From Candidatus Nealsonbacteria bacterium (lineage in GTDB: Bacteria; Patescibacteriota; Minisyncoccia; Minisyncoccales; PWPS01), in contig PWGJ01000004.1 in assembly GCA_003554445.1 (NCBI GenBank), forward strand, positions 1 through 33,900: a stretch of DNA of 33,900 bases, written 5' to 3'. Positions 1 to 9,615 of the stretch are shown piece after piece. Every line of letters begins with the position of its first letter. Position 1 is the stretch's first letter. The notes under the pieces are model-generated. The model searched no databases, had not been told where the DNA came from, and saw nothing but the letters and a program-made list of their open reading frames with translations. Made by a program: the position numbers and the translations under genes.

Positions 1-98
1 ATCAGATCCACTAATTTTATAAAGTTTTCAGCAGTATGTTTTCTATTCATTCTTCTTAAAACATCTGCTGAAAACTTTATAAAATTAGTGGATCTGAT
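1..98. repeat. 34-bp perfect inverted repeat (1-34 / 65-98), probably a fold-back chimera at the contig end
   Basis: 1-34 is the exact reverse complement of 65-98. The reverse complement of the loop continues the methylthiotransferase reading frame. Confidence 0.9.
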
Positions 99-531
99 AC
101 GTAATAGATATAATAATTTCTTGATTTCAACTGACATTATCGTAGGATTTCCCGGGGAGACGGAAGAAGATTTCAGTAGAACTATCGATTTAATCAAAGA
201 AACCAGACCGCATATCGTAAATATAACCAGATACTCCGAAAGACCGGATACTAAAGCAGCTGAATTTAAAGACATGCCAAGCAAAATTAAAAAAGAAAGA
301 TCCAGAAAGCTTACAAAGCTGGCAAAAAAAATAAGAATTGAGGATAACCAAAAAATGATGGGGGAGAAATTTAATGCTCTAATTGTCAGAAAGGGAAAAA
401 ATAATACCAAATTAGCCCGTATATTTAACGGTAAAGCCGTTGTTTTAAATGAGGGGAAGATAGGAAAAACCGTCGATATTCAAGTAACAGATTATAAACA
501 TAATTATCTGGTCGGAAAAGTTATTTCTTAA
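65..531 (+). CDS. tRNA methylthiotransferase (MiaB/MtaB family, archaeal e-MtaB-like), C-terminal part with TRAM domain; 5'-truncated
   Basis: STDIIVGFPGETEEDF, NITRYSERPDTKAA and IKKERSRKL motifs, C-terminal TRAM-like beta domain. The upstream motif VLRRMNRKHT is present inverted at 35-64. Confidence 0.85.
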
Positions 532-592
532 GAAAAATTCGGATGGTTTAACTTTTAAAAGCTTGTTAAATATGCTATTATTCTAGAAGTAT

Positions 593-1753
593 ATGACAAA
601 AAAATTATCAAAAATAATATTAGTTTTAGCGTTAATCGGACTCTTTTTTGGTATAGGATACCAAGCCGGCCTAGAGGAGGCTGAAATTAGAACTCAACCC
701 GATGATGTCGACTTTTCCCTTTTTTGGGAAGCCTACAATCGAATAAATGACTTGTATGTCGATTCTGAAAAGATAGATGATGAAAAGATTGTCCATGGTG
801 CAATAAGAGGTATGCTCGAATCACTTGATGATCCGTATACCAGTTTTTTTGACCAAGAAGAAAGCAGACGTTTTTTGGATGATGTTTCCGGTTATTATGA
901 GGGTGTCGGAATGGAGGTCGGTATTCGTGATGGTAACATTCAAGTTATTTCCCCGATAGAAGGAACTCCGGCTTCCAGAGCCGGCATAAAGTCGGGAGAT
1001 ATAATTTTGGAAATCGATGAAAAGTCAACTTCCGACATGGAGCTTGAAGAGGCCGTAAATTTAATGAGAGGAGAAGGGGGAACCGCAGTTACTCTAATTA
1101 TCGGAAGAAATAGAACCACCCAAGAAATAGAGTTGGAAAGAGAACAAATTCAAGTACCCTCGGTTAATTGGGAGCTGGTTAATGATGATATAGCTCATAT
1201 AAAGATACACTACTTTCATCAGGAGTTAACTAATGAATTCAATGAAATGATACCGGAGATAACTGCATCGACTGCAGATAAAATTATCCTTGATTTGAGA
1301 AATAATCCGGGAGGAGCTCTGGATTCAGCTCTTGATGTAGCTAAATACTTTTTAAATGAGGGAGATATTATAGTTAAAAGTCAGGGTGCTGATGGAGAGA
1401 TTAAAAGAGAATATAAAGCAACCAGAAGTTCGGTAACATTCGATCATGAGATTGTTGTGCTGATAAATGAAGGTTCGGCATCGGCATCGGAGATATTAGC
1501 CGGAGCTATCAAGTATCACAGAGACGCACAAATAGTCGGGAAAAAATCATTCGGTAAAGGATCCATTCAGACAATGGTTAACTTGTCCGACATGTCGAAC
1601 TTGAAAATTACAATATCAAATTGGGTTACTCCCGACGGATCACTCATAACCGGAGACGGAATAACCCCCGACTACGAAGTCGACATGGACTTGGAAGATT
1701 TTGAAGAGGATCAGGATCCGCAACTGGAAAAAGCAATTGAAATAATTAAATAA
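593..1753 (+). CDS. ctpA: Carboxyl-terminal processing protease (S41, PDZ domain)
   Basis: N-terminal TM, LDDPYT, PDZ, DLRNNPGG, SASASEI, KSFGKGSIQ, GITPD motifs. Confidence 0.95.
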   Translation: MTKKLSKIILVLALIGLFFGIGYQAGLEEAEIRTQPDDVDFSLFWEAYNRINDLYVDSEKIDDEKIVHGAIRGMLESLDDPYTSFFDQEESRRFLDDVSGYYEGVGMEVGIRDGNIQVISPIEGTPASRAGIKSGDIILEIDEKSTSDMELEEAVNLMRGEGGTAVTLIIGRNRTTQEIELEREQIQVPSVNWELVNDDIAHIKIHYFHQELTNEFNEMIPEITASTADKIILDLRNNPGGALDSALDVAKYFLNEGDIIVKSQGADGEIKREYKATRSSVTFDHEIVVLINEGSASASEILAGAIKYHRDAQIVGKKSFGKGSIQTMVNLSDMSNLKITISNWVTPDGSLITGDGITPDYEVDMDLEDFEEDQDPQLEKAIEIIK

Positions 1754-1757
1754 AACT

Positions 1758-2201
1758 ATGAAAGTAATACTACTTGAGAACATAAAAAAATTGGGAAAGA
1801 AGTATGAAGTCGTTGACGTTTCCGACGGTTATGCCAGAAACTTTCTACTGCCGGAAGGTAAGGCTGAAATGGCTACCGAAGGGAATCTAAAATCAATTGA
1901 AAAGAAAAAATTAAAAGCTGAAAAAGAACGTAAGAAAAAGAAGGAAGAAGTTGAAAAGTTAATTTCTGAAATTCAAAATAAAGAATTTACCATTAAAATG
2001 AAAGCCGGCGATAAAGATCAGCTTTTTGAATCGGTGGACAGCAAAAAGATCAGTGAGAAATTAAAGGACGAAGGTTTTGAAATCTCACCCGATAACATCA
2101 ATCTAAAAACTCCAATAAAAAAGTTGACTGAAAAAGAGGTCAATCTTAACTTCGGTAACAATTTAAAAACTAAAATAAAAATAAATATTGAAGAAGAATA
2201 A
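1758..2201 (+). CDS. rplI: 50S ribosomal protein L9
   Basis: MKVILLENIKKLGK...DGYARNFLLP, 147 aa. Confidence 0.97.
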   Translation: MKVILLENIKKLGKKYEVVDVSDGYARNFLLPEGKAEMATEGNLKSIEKKKLKAEKERKKKKEEVEKLISEIQNKEFTIKMKAGDKDQLFESVDSKKISEKLKDEGFEISPDNINLKTPIKKLTEKEVNLNFGNNLKTKIKINIEEE

Positions 2202-3821
2202 ATGAAAAAATATATATTTGTCGCCGGCGGAGTGATGTCCGGTATCGGAAAAGGAATCGCTACCGCATCCATAGGTAAAATACTTAAAAGCAAAGGTTTT
2301 GGAGTCACTGCAGTTAAAATAGATCCTTATGTAAATGTTGATGCGGGGACTATGAATCCGGTCGAGCACGGTGAAGTTTTTGTAACCAAGGATGGTTCCG
2401 AGTGTGATCAAGATATCGGTAATTATGAAAGATTTTTAGGAAGGGAGCTGACTAAAAAAAATTATATTACTACCGGAAAAGTGTATAAAGCGGTGATAGA
2501 AAGGGAGAGGAATTTGGATTATGACGGAAAGTGCGTGGAGGTAGTTCCCGATATACCGAATGAAACAATTAAAAGAATTAAGAGGGCAGCAAAAGAAGAC
2601 GAAGCTGATTTTACATTAATTGAAATAGGGGGGACGATAGGCGAATATCAAAATTTATTATTTTTAGAAGCAGCCAGAATGATGAAGTTGGATGAACCTG
2701 AGAAGGTTCTTTTTATATTGGTAAGTTATCTTCCCACCCCGAAAACAATAGGGGAGATGAAGACAAAACCGACTCAAAATGCAAGTCGCAGACTAAACGA
2801 AGCGGGTATTCAACCCGATATGATATTGGGTAGAGCCGAACAACCTCTTGACGAACCGAGAAAAAACAAGATATCCAATTTTTGCAATGTTGAAAAAAAA
2901 TATATAATATCCGCACCGGATGTAGATTCAATATATGATATTCCGCTAAACTTCGAGCGAGAAGAATTAGGTAATATGATTTTGGATAAATTCAATATGA
3001 AAAAGCAAGATACCGAGATGAAAGAGTGGAAAAAAATGGTAAAAGCATCTAAAAACGGAGGAGACAAAGTTTCAATTGCAATAGTTGGAAAATACTTTGA
3101 AACCGGCCAATTCACCTTAACTGATTCATACATTTCTGTGATTGAGGCTGTAAAACATGCATCATGGGATCAAGAGATAAGTGTTGACATAGACTGGATT
3201 TTTGCTGAAGAATATGAAAAAGATGAAGAAAAAATAAAAGAGTTGGATAATTATGACGGTGTCATTATTCCCGGTGGATTCGGAAGTAGGGGAGTGGAAG
3301 GAAAAATTAAAACAATAAACTATTGTAGAGAAAATAAGATCCCATTTTTGGGTCTTTGTTTGGGTATGCAGCTCTCGGTAATTGAGTTTTCTAGAAACGT
3401 CGCGGGTCTTAAAAAAGCAAACTCTACTGAATTTGATAGTAATTGTCAATACCCGGTAATAGACATGATGGAGGAGCAGAAAGAGCTTATTGAGAATAGT
3501 AATTTCGGGGGAACTATGAGATTGGGCGATTACAAGTGTAAACTAAAAAAGGGGACAAAAGCAAATACTTTATATGAAAAAACCGATATCCTGGAAAGAC
3601 ATCGGCATCGCTACGAATTTAATGATAAATTTAAAGATACTTTAAAAAAATCCGGCTTAATATTATCCGGAAAGAATCCGGAGACCGGTTTGGTTGAGAT
3701 TGTTGAGCTGGAAGAACATCCCTTCTTTGTAGGAGTTCAATTTCATCCGGAATTTAAATCCGCACCGCTCAAGCCTCATCCGCTTTTCAAAGAGTTTTTA
3801 AAAACTGCTAAAGAACATTGA
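2202..3821 (+). CDS. pyrG: CTP synthase
   Basis: [49 protein letters not shown]. Confidence 0.98.
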   Translation: MKKYIFVAGGVMSGIGKGIATASIGKILKSKGFGVTAVKIDPYVNVDAGTMNPVEHGEVFVTKDGSECDQDIGNYERFLGRELTKKNYITTGKVYKAVIERERNLDYDGKCVEVVPDIPNETIKRIKRAAKEDEADFTLIEIGGTIGEYQNLLFLEAARMMKLDEPEKVLFILVSYLPTPKTIGEMKTKPTQNASRRLNEAGIQPDMILGRAEQPLDEPRKNKISNFCNVEKKYIISAPDVDSIYDIPLNFEREELGNMILDKFNMKKQDTEMKEWKKMVKASKNGGDKVSIAIVGKYFETGQFTLTDSYISVIEAVKHASWDQEISVDIDWIFAEEYEKDEEKIKELDNYDGVIIPGGFGSRGVEGKIKTINYCRENKIPFLGLCLGMQLSVIEFSRNVAGLKKANSTEFDSNCQYPVIDMMEEQKELIENSNFGGTMRLGDYKCKLKKGTKANTLYEKTDILERHRHRYEFNDKFKDTLKKSGLILSGKNPETGLVEIVELEEHPFFVGVQFHPEFKSAPLKPHPLFKEFLKTAKEH

Positions 3822-4080
3822 CTTTTTTAACCTTCTTTCTCTTTCCGTTGAAATTCTTTTTTGTTTTTGTCTGAAACTCAACAACACCTTCGGTAGCCGC
3901 ATAAAGAGTGTCATCACTTCCTTTGCGTACATTTTTTCCGGGTATGAATTTGGTTCCTCTTTGTCTTACAATAACAGATCCAGCTTTTGCTTTCTGACCA
4001 CCGAAAAGTTTAACTCCTAAATATTTAGGCTTAGAGTCTCTACCGAGTCTTGTTGTTCCAGATGATTTTGTTGTTGCCAT
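3808..4080 (-). CDS. rpmA: 50S ribosomal protein L27
   Basis: [28 protein letters not shown]. Confidence 0.97.
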   Translation of the reverse strand: MATTKSSGTTRLGRDSKPKYLGVKLFGGQKAKAGSVIVRQRGTKFIPGKNVRKGSDDTLYAATEGVVEFQTKTKKNFNGKRKKVKKVNVL

Positions 4081-4097
4081 AACTTTGGATAAATTTT

Positions 4098-4286
4098 ATG
4101 AAACTAAAACTTATATTAACAGAATTAAGTGATATTGTCAACGAAAAATTATTTTTAACAATTTTAATTGTCATACTTACGGCAACACTCTTTTATATGA
4201 TCGGGTGGATTTCTTGCTCCATGCAAGAAAGTAAACCACTGGAAATTGAAGATTTTTCAAAAAATAATAAAATAGGGTACTTTTAG
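4098..4286 (+). CDS. Small single-TM hypothetical protein divergent from rpmA
   Basis: 62 aa, one hydrophobic helix followed by a KPLEIE tail, fills the gap. Start codon uncertain. Confidence 0.55.
   Translation: MKLKLILTELSDIVNEKLFLTILIVILTATLFYMIGWISCSMQESKPLEIEDFSKNNKIGYF
4113..4141 (-). promoter_or_regulatory. sigma70-type promoter for rpmA
   Basis: Minus strand TTGACA-N17-TAATAT with TG extension. Confidence 0.65.
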
Positions 4287-4358
4287 GCGAAAAACAGGCT
4301 TTTTTAAGTAAAAGAGCCTCTCAGAGCTCATTAGAGCGATTTTTATACACTTTACTAC

Positions 4359-5339
4359 TTACTCCTCATCTTTTTTTGATCTATTTTCAAGATTTTGACC
4401 GCTATGATGCTTTTTGTGAATCTCTTTTAATTTTTTGCTAGTTATGTGAGTATAGATTTGTGTCGTGGCAATATTTTTATGACCCAAAAATTCTTGTATA
4501 ACACGAAGATCAACACCTTGAGCTAGAAGATCCGTGGCATAACTATGACGTAAAGTATGAGGAGTAGTTTTTTGTGGAAGCCCGGCGCTTTTGACATACT
4601 TCTTAACGATATTTTCAATTGATCGAATGGTGATTCTGCGATCTCCGGTTTTGGGTCCTCGATATCTGATAAAAAGAGCTTTCTCATCATCGTCTCTAAT
4701 TGACAAATATTTCTCAATAGCTTTTATTGATCTGGGTGAAAAATAAACCGTTCTAGTCCTGTCTCCCTTACCGGTAACAACAACTTCCAGAGCCTCTCCG
4801 TCACTTAAGTCTTTGGTATTGATCTGCTCTCGATCCAAATCAACCAGCTCAGAGACTCTTAGACCGGTAGAAAATAAAGTTTCGAGGATAGCCCTGTCTC
4901 TAATACCGATTCTTCCGGTTTCGTCGGGTTCATTTAATAACTTTTTAATCTGATTAAGTGTTAAAAAATTCAAAGATTTACTATCATCCTCTTTAGTCAA
5001 TTTAACTTTTTCTGCAGGAAGAGAATCTATATTCCAATCAGCAAAAAAATTGAGTAAATTTCTTACCGCTATAAGATAGTAATTTCTGGTTTTTTTGCTT
5101 ATCGGCTGATTTTTGTGATTTTTCTGTTTTGAAAGATAAACTCGATAATCCCAAATATGTTGATCACTTAACTCGTGAGGTAGAAGATTTTCATTTCCTG
5201 ATTTTTTTAGCCATTTCTCGAAGCGGACCAGAAAACGTTGGTAAGTTTCTTGTGATTTGGGAGAGAGGCCTCTTTCTATATCCAAATATTGAAAAAACTC
5301 GTCAAAGTGCTCAATTATCGGTTTTTTTGATTTTTTCAT
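4359..5339 (-). CDS. Tyrosine recombinase, XerC/XerD family
   Basis: Core-binding N-domain. Catalytic residues intact: TGLRVSEL (R), GKG (K), HTLRHSYAT (HxxR), LGH, TTQIYTH (Y). Confidence 0.95.
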   Translation of the reverse strand: MKKSKKPIIEHFDEFFQYLDIERGLSPKSQETYQRFLVRFEKWLKKSGNENLLPHELSDQHIWDYRVYLSKQKNHKNQPISKKTRNYYLIAVRNLLNFFADWNIDSLPAEKVKLTKEDDSKSLNFLTLNQIKKLLNEPDETGRIGIRDRAILETLFSTGLRVSELVDLDREQINTKDLSDGEALEVVVTGKGDRTRTVYFSPRSIKAIEKYLSIRDDDEKALFIRYRGPKTGDRRITIRSIENIVKKYVKSAGLPQKTTPHTLRHSYATDLLAQGVDLRVIQEFLGHKNIATTQIYTHITSKKLKEIHKKHHSGQNLENRSKKDEE

Positions 5340-5373
5340 AGGAAGTAGTGTACCGGGTTAAATTTTGTTATAA

Positions 5374-5401
5374 ACTTCGATAAAGTTACATTATGCGAAG
5401 T
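5374..5401. other. dif-like recombination site, 11-6-11: ACTTCGCATAA-TGTAAC-TTTATCGAAGT (minus strand)
   Basis: Imperfect palindrome with dif geometry. Shares CGCATAATGTA with E. coli dif. Lies 34 bp upstream of the recombinase ATG. Confidence 0.8.
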
Positions 5402-5415
5402 TTTAAATCTGTACC

Positions 5416-5445
5416 ATTATACCACCTATCTTTCACTGCAGTCAA
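5416..5445 (-). promoter_or_regulatory. Promoter of the recombinase gene
   Basis: Minus strand TTGACT-N18-TATAAT with TGn extension. Confidence 0.7.
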
Positions 5446-5471
5446 CCAACTTCTTATTTTTACGATAATGA

Positions 5472-5813
5472 TTAAAAGGAGAAAGGTTCTCGAATCTTCT
5501 CTAAAAGAGAATCAATAAAAGAATTTACGGATTCAACTATTGTGTCCCTGACCCTTATAAAAAAATTGTCTTTTCGTTCTTCGACCTGATCTTCAATTAT
5601 CTTTTGACGTCTTTCAACTTCATCAGTAGCTCTTCCGGTAATAATCTCTATTCTTCTCAAGACACTCTCCGATGTATCAATTAAATTTCCTGCCGCTATA
5701 GCTGCGGGACTCTCTTGCTTTTCATCTTCAATCGCCTCCCCCGTCCCAAAAACGGGTCCTCCGATTAAGATTATTAGACTTATGGTTAAAACCGTTAAGA
5801 AAAGCTTCTTCAT
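5472..5813 (-). CDS. Hypothetical exported protein
   Basis: Signal-peptide-like N-terminus, helical body, ATGA overlap with gltX stop. Confidence 0.7.
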   Translation of the reverse strand: MKKLFLTVLTISLIILIGGPVFGTGEAIEDEKQESPAAIAAGNLIDTSESVLRRIEIITGRATDEVERRQKIIEDQVEERKDNFFIRVRDTIVESVNSFIDSLLEKIREPFSF

Positions 5814-7324
5814 AAAACTTTTTTAGCCTCTTTTAATCTGCTTGAAGACTCTTTCTTGCCTAAAATATATGCTACTTCAAAAGGTCCGGCACTCGCCTCT
5901 TTTCCGGTAAGAGCTGCTCTCAGTGGCCATAAAAATTTGCCTCTGTCATCATATTCGTTAGCTTTTTCCAGAAGTTTTTCACTTACTTCATCTTGAGTCC
6001 AATTTTCTATATTAGATAATACCTTTTTAGCTTTGTCAATGGAGTCAGCTACTTCTTCCGGAGACATATCCTTCCACTGTAATAGTTTAAAATCAACGTT
6101 TACCGGCTTAAAGAAATAGTCCGTCACTTCGGTTATTTCGGATAAGGTTGTTATTCTGTCTTGATGATCCTTTATTAAAATATTCAAAACTGAAAAACTG
6201 AATTCTCTGCCGTCATCCGTTTCGTAGTTAGCTTTTGGAGCCTCATTACCGAGAGAAGTTTTTTTCTTTCTGTCATCAGCCGGCTTTAAGTAACCTTCTT
6301 CGACCAAGTAAGGAATGCAGAGCTTAGTAAGTCTTTCCGGGTCAGCTTCTTTCAAGTGTAAGGTGTTTATATATTCCAACTTTTCTTTATTGAATACCGC
6401 ACCCGCTTTTTTACACCTATCCATAGTAAACTCTTTTTTTAATTCCGTAAGTGTAAAAAACTCTCTGTCATCACCGGGACTCCATCCTAAAAGAGCCAAG
6501 AAATTGACTAGAGCTTCGGGGAGAAAACCCTCCTTTTTATATTCCGATACGGAAACCGCACCGAATCGTTTGGACAATTTTGATTTATCAGGTGCAAGAA
6601 TAAGAGGTAGATGAGCATAAGTAATCGGATCAAATTTCAATGCTTTTTGAATCAAGATCTGCTTGGGTGTGTTTGAAATGTGGTCTTCTCCCCTAATTAC
6701 ATGTGAAATATTCATTTCGTAATCATCAATCGCACACGCAAGATTATAAAGAGGACTCTTTTCATCCTTAGCAATTACATAATCACCCATTATCTCAGTT
6801 TCAAAACTTACTTCTCCCCTAATTAAGTCTTTAAACTTAACCACCTCCCCCTCTTTTACTTTCATACGGATTACGAAACTTTTACCTTTTTCCAGTTTTT
6901 CTTTAATTTCATCTTCTCCAAGATCTCGACAAACTCCCGAATATGTAGGAGCTTCCCCTTTCTTTCTCTGCCGCTCCCTTTCTTTTTCCAACTTTTTCTG
7001 ACTACAAAAACATCTGTAAGCATGATCTTCAACTAGAAGTTTTTTAATGTATCGCTTATAAGTGTCGCTTCTTTCCGATTGTCTATAAGGTCCGTAATCA
7101 CCGCCTTTCTGAGGTCCTTCATCATAGTCCAGACCCAACCACTTCAAACTGTCAATAATATTTTTTTCATACTTTTCTTCTGATCTCTCTTGGTCGGTGT
7201 CCTCTATTCTTAAAACAAAACTGTCCTCTTTCTTTGTAAAAAGATAATTGGCTAAAGCAATTCTTGCTGAACCGACATGAAAAAGTCCGGTCGGTGATGG
7301 AGCGAATCTAACTCTTTTGTTCAT
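5810..7324 (-). CDS. gltX: Glutamate--tRNA ligase
   Basis: RVRFAPSPTG, HVGS (HIGH-like), LRIEDTD, VIRGEDH, KLSKR. Confidence 0.97.
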   Translation of the reverse strand: MNKRVRFAPSPTGLFHVGSARIALANYLFTKKEDSFVLRIEDTDQERSEEKYEKNIIDSLKWLGLDYDEGPQKGGDYGPYRQSERSDTYKRYIKKLLVEDHAYRCFCSQKKLEKERERQRKKGEAPTYSGVCRDLGEDEIKEKLEKGKSFVIRMKVKEGEVVKFKDLIRGEVSFETEIMGDYVIAKDEKSPLYNLACAIDDYEMNISHVIRGEDHISNTPKQILIQKALKFDPITYAHLPLILAPDKSKLSKRFGAVSVSEYKKEGFLPEALVNFLALLGWSPGDDREFFTLTELKKEFTMDRCKKAGAVFNKEKLEYINTLHLKEADPERLTKLCIPYLVEEGYLKPADDRKKKTSLGNEAPKANYETDDGREFSFSVLNILIKDHQDRITTLSEITEVTDYFFKPVNVDFKLLQWKDMSPEEVADSIDKAKKVLSNIENWTQDEVSEKLLEKANEYDDRGKFLWPLRAALTGKEASAGPFEVAYILGKKESSSRLKEAKKVL

Positions 7325-7358
7325 AATAAAGATAATTTAACTTAAATATATAATATAA

Positions 7359-8492
7359 TTACTGCATTAAAAATTCTTTAATATAGGCGGCTAAAATCCT
7401 TCCCGCCTCGGGCTTCGAGAAATTTTCGGTACTATCCTTCATTTTCTCAATATCCGATGTAGAAGAAAACAGAGCCCTTATTCTTTCTAGAAAGAAATGG
7501 GGGGTCAAATTTTCTTCTTCCATAACCATTGCGGCTCCTGTTCGAGCTATTCGATAAGCATTCTCCGCTTGATGATTCTGCGCTGCTTCGGGTAATGGTA
7601 TTAATATACTCGGCTTTTCATTTGCTACGATTTCAAATATTGACCCGGCACCGGCTCTGGAGATTATCAAAGTTGCAGCACTGTAGGCATCCTTCAATTG
7701 ATTTTCATCAAAAAAGGCATAAGGATGATAAAAATCTTTTAACCTCTCCGGTAGAAATGCATCCGTTTCCTCCCTTATTTTTTTGATATTATCTCTCCCA
7801 CACTGATGAATTATTTCAAAATCTTCCAAAAGCTGAGTTAATACCGCTAAAATAGTGTTATTTATTCTTTCCGATCCTTGAGATCCCCCCATTACTAATA
7901 ATACCGGCTTTTCATAAGTTAAATTAAATCTCCTTTTTGCTTCTTCCCTGTCTCCGTCCAAAACTTCTTGACGAATCGGATTACCGATGACAAACTTTTT
8001 TCCGATATTAATTCCCTCCGTATCTTGAAAAGAAACAAACACTTCCATAGCGAACTTGGAGACTATTTTATTTGCCAGCCCGGGAGCTGCATCAGATTCA
8101 TGAAGTATAATCGGTATCCTTAATATTGAAGCGGCTATTGCAACGGGAACGGATCCGTAACCACCTTTGGAAAAAACCAAATCGGGAGAAATAATAAAAA
8201 GATAAGCAATCGATTGAATAATTCCTACCGGAATTTTAATCATATCAATTATGTTCAAAGCTATCGATAACGGATCAACATATCGCCTTAACTTTCCCGC
8301 AAAGATATATTTTGTTTTTAATCCTTCCTGAGTAAAATTAAAATCGGGAATATTATCCTTCGGAGCCATGTAGTACATCTTTAATCTTTCATCCCCGGGG
8401 AATTCTTTTTTAAGGTTTCTGATTACGGCAACCAAAGGAAATACATGCCCCCCTGTTCCACCGCCCGTAAATATAATCTTTTTCTCTTTCAT
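7359..8492 (-). CDS. murG: Undecaprenyl-PP-MurNAc-pentapeptide GlcNAc transferase
   Basis: GGGTGGHVFP, KGGY, GNPIR, GGSQG, SRAGA, HQAENA. Confidence 0.97.
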   Translation of the reverse strand: MKEKKIIFTGGGTGGHVFPLVAVIRNLKKEFPGDERLKMYYMAPKDNIPDFNFTQEGLKTKYIFAGKLRRYVDPLSIALNIIDMIKIPVGIIQSIAYLFIISPDLVFSKGGYGSVPVAIAASILRIPIILHESDAAPGLANKIVSKFAMEVFVSFQDTEGINIGKKFVIGNPIRQEVLDGDREEAKRRFNLTYEKPVLLVMGGSQGSERINNTILAVLTQLLEDFEIIHQCGRDNIKKIREETDAFLPERLKDFYHPYAFFDENQLKDAYSAATLIISRAGAGSIFEIVANEKPSILIPLPEAAQNHQAENAYRIARTGAAMVMEEENLTPHFFLERIRALFSSTSDIEKMKDSTENFSKPEAGRILAAYIKEFLMQ

Positions 8493-8499
8493 TTTTTTA

Positions 8500-9615
8500 T
8501 TATGATTTAGATATATTAAGCAAAATACCGACAGCCGCCAATTCGGCTATAAAATGAGCCCTCCCATGACTTACAAAAGGAAGCGGAATTCCCGTCACCG
8601 GCAAAATTCCCACCATTGATCCTATATGGACAAATGCCTGGAAAAATATCCAAAAACTAATTCCGACAGCCATTAAACTGAAAAAACTATCTTTGTTTCT
8701 TTTTGCAATTTTAACACCTCGCCATGCGAATATCAAAAAAAGTAAAATTAGAAGTAAACTTCCAATAAACCCGGCCTCCTCCGCATAGGCAGCAAAAATG
8801 GAATCACTCATTGCAAAGGGAAGAAATCCGTATTTTTGGTGACCTACACCGAATCCCAAACCGAAAAGCCCTCCCGAGCCTATAGCCAGGAGAGCCTGCT
8901 GAGCTTGATAAGAGACTCCTTCCGGATCCGTTATCGAACCCAATAAATCCTTCACTCTTTCTAATCTGTAAGGAAAAAGAGCGATAAAAGACGCAAGCCC
9001 GGCAACTCCCCCTATAATCAGTAATAAAATATGACTAAGTGGTGTTCTGTAGGTGAAATACATCATAAAACCACTTGCCATTATAACTATTAATGTACTC
9101 AAATCCCTCTGCAATAAGATTAATCCACTTATTAAAACACAAACTGCACCGAAAGCTAATAATGTTTCCGAAAAAAGACGATTATCATCTTTTACCGTTC
9201 TGTTTGAAAGCCAGCTGGCCAAATATATTATAAAGGTTAATTTTAAAAATTCACTCGGTTGAAAAGATATTCCCCCGATTGAAAGCCATCTGGTAGCTCC
9301 TCTTATCGTTTGACCTAGTCCGGGAATAAAAACCATAGTCACCACTATGAGATTAATCACCAAAGCAACCGGAGCCCATTTTTTAATGTGTTCCAACTTA
9401 GCTTTATATAACAAAAATCCAATTAGAAGACCGGGAAGAACCCCCAACACGAACTGTCGAAATAAAAAATATCCTAAATTTAGTTCTTCAAAGCTTTCCG
9501 TAATTTCGGCCATCCTGGCCATTGAGACACTGGTAAAGATTATAAACCCCAAAAGAACGATCAAACAAGTCGTTACCAATAAAATTATATCCGGGTTTTC
9601 TCTATTGTTTACCAT
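8500..9615 (-). CDS. ftsW: SEDS family peptidoglycan polymerase FtsW
   Basis: GATRW, FQPSEFLK, GSGGLFGLG, SDSIF, PVTGIPLPFVSHG, located between murD and murG. Confidence 0.9.
   Translation of the reverse strand: MVNNRENPDIILLVTTCLIVLLGFIIFTSVSMARMAEITESFEELNLGYFLFRQFVLGVLPGLLIGFLLYKAKLEHIKKWAPVALVINLIVVTMVFIPGLGQTIRGATRWLSIGGISFQPSEFLKLTFIIYLASWLSNRTVKDDNRLFSETLLAFGAVCVLISGLILLQRDLSTLIVIMASGFMMYFTYRTPLSHILLLIIGGVAGLASFIALFPYRLERVKDLLGSITDPEGVSYQAQQALLAIGSGGLFGLGFGVGHQKYGFLPFAMSDSIFAAYAEEAGFIGSLLLILLFLIFAWRGVKIAKRNKDSFFSLMAVGISFWIFFQAFVHIGSMVGILPVTGIPLPFVSHGRAHFIAELAAVGILLNISKS

Noticed and set aside
1-98. Large hairpin as a MITE, terminator or hairpin telomere
   Set aside because: The loop is inverted coding sequence of the same gene with a microhomology at the junction, so an artefact is the simpler explanation
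4296-4340. Hairpins between the 62-aa ORF and the recombinase as a terminator
   Set aside because: Weak AT-rich stem with no clear U-tract
4359-5339. Prophage, island or integron integrase
   Set aside because: Flanked by core genes; no tRNA, att repeats, cargo genes, IntI insertion or attC array seen
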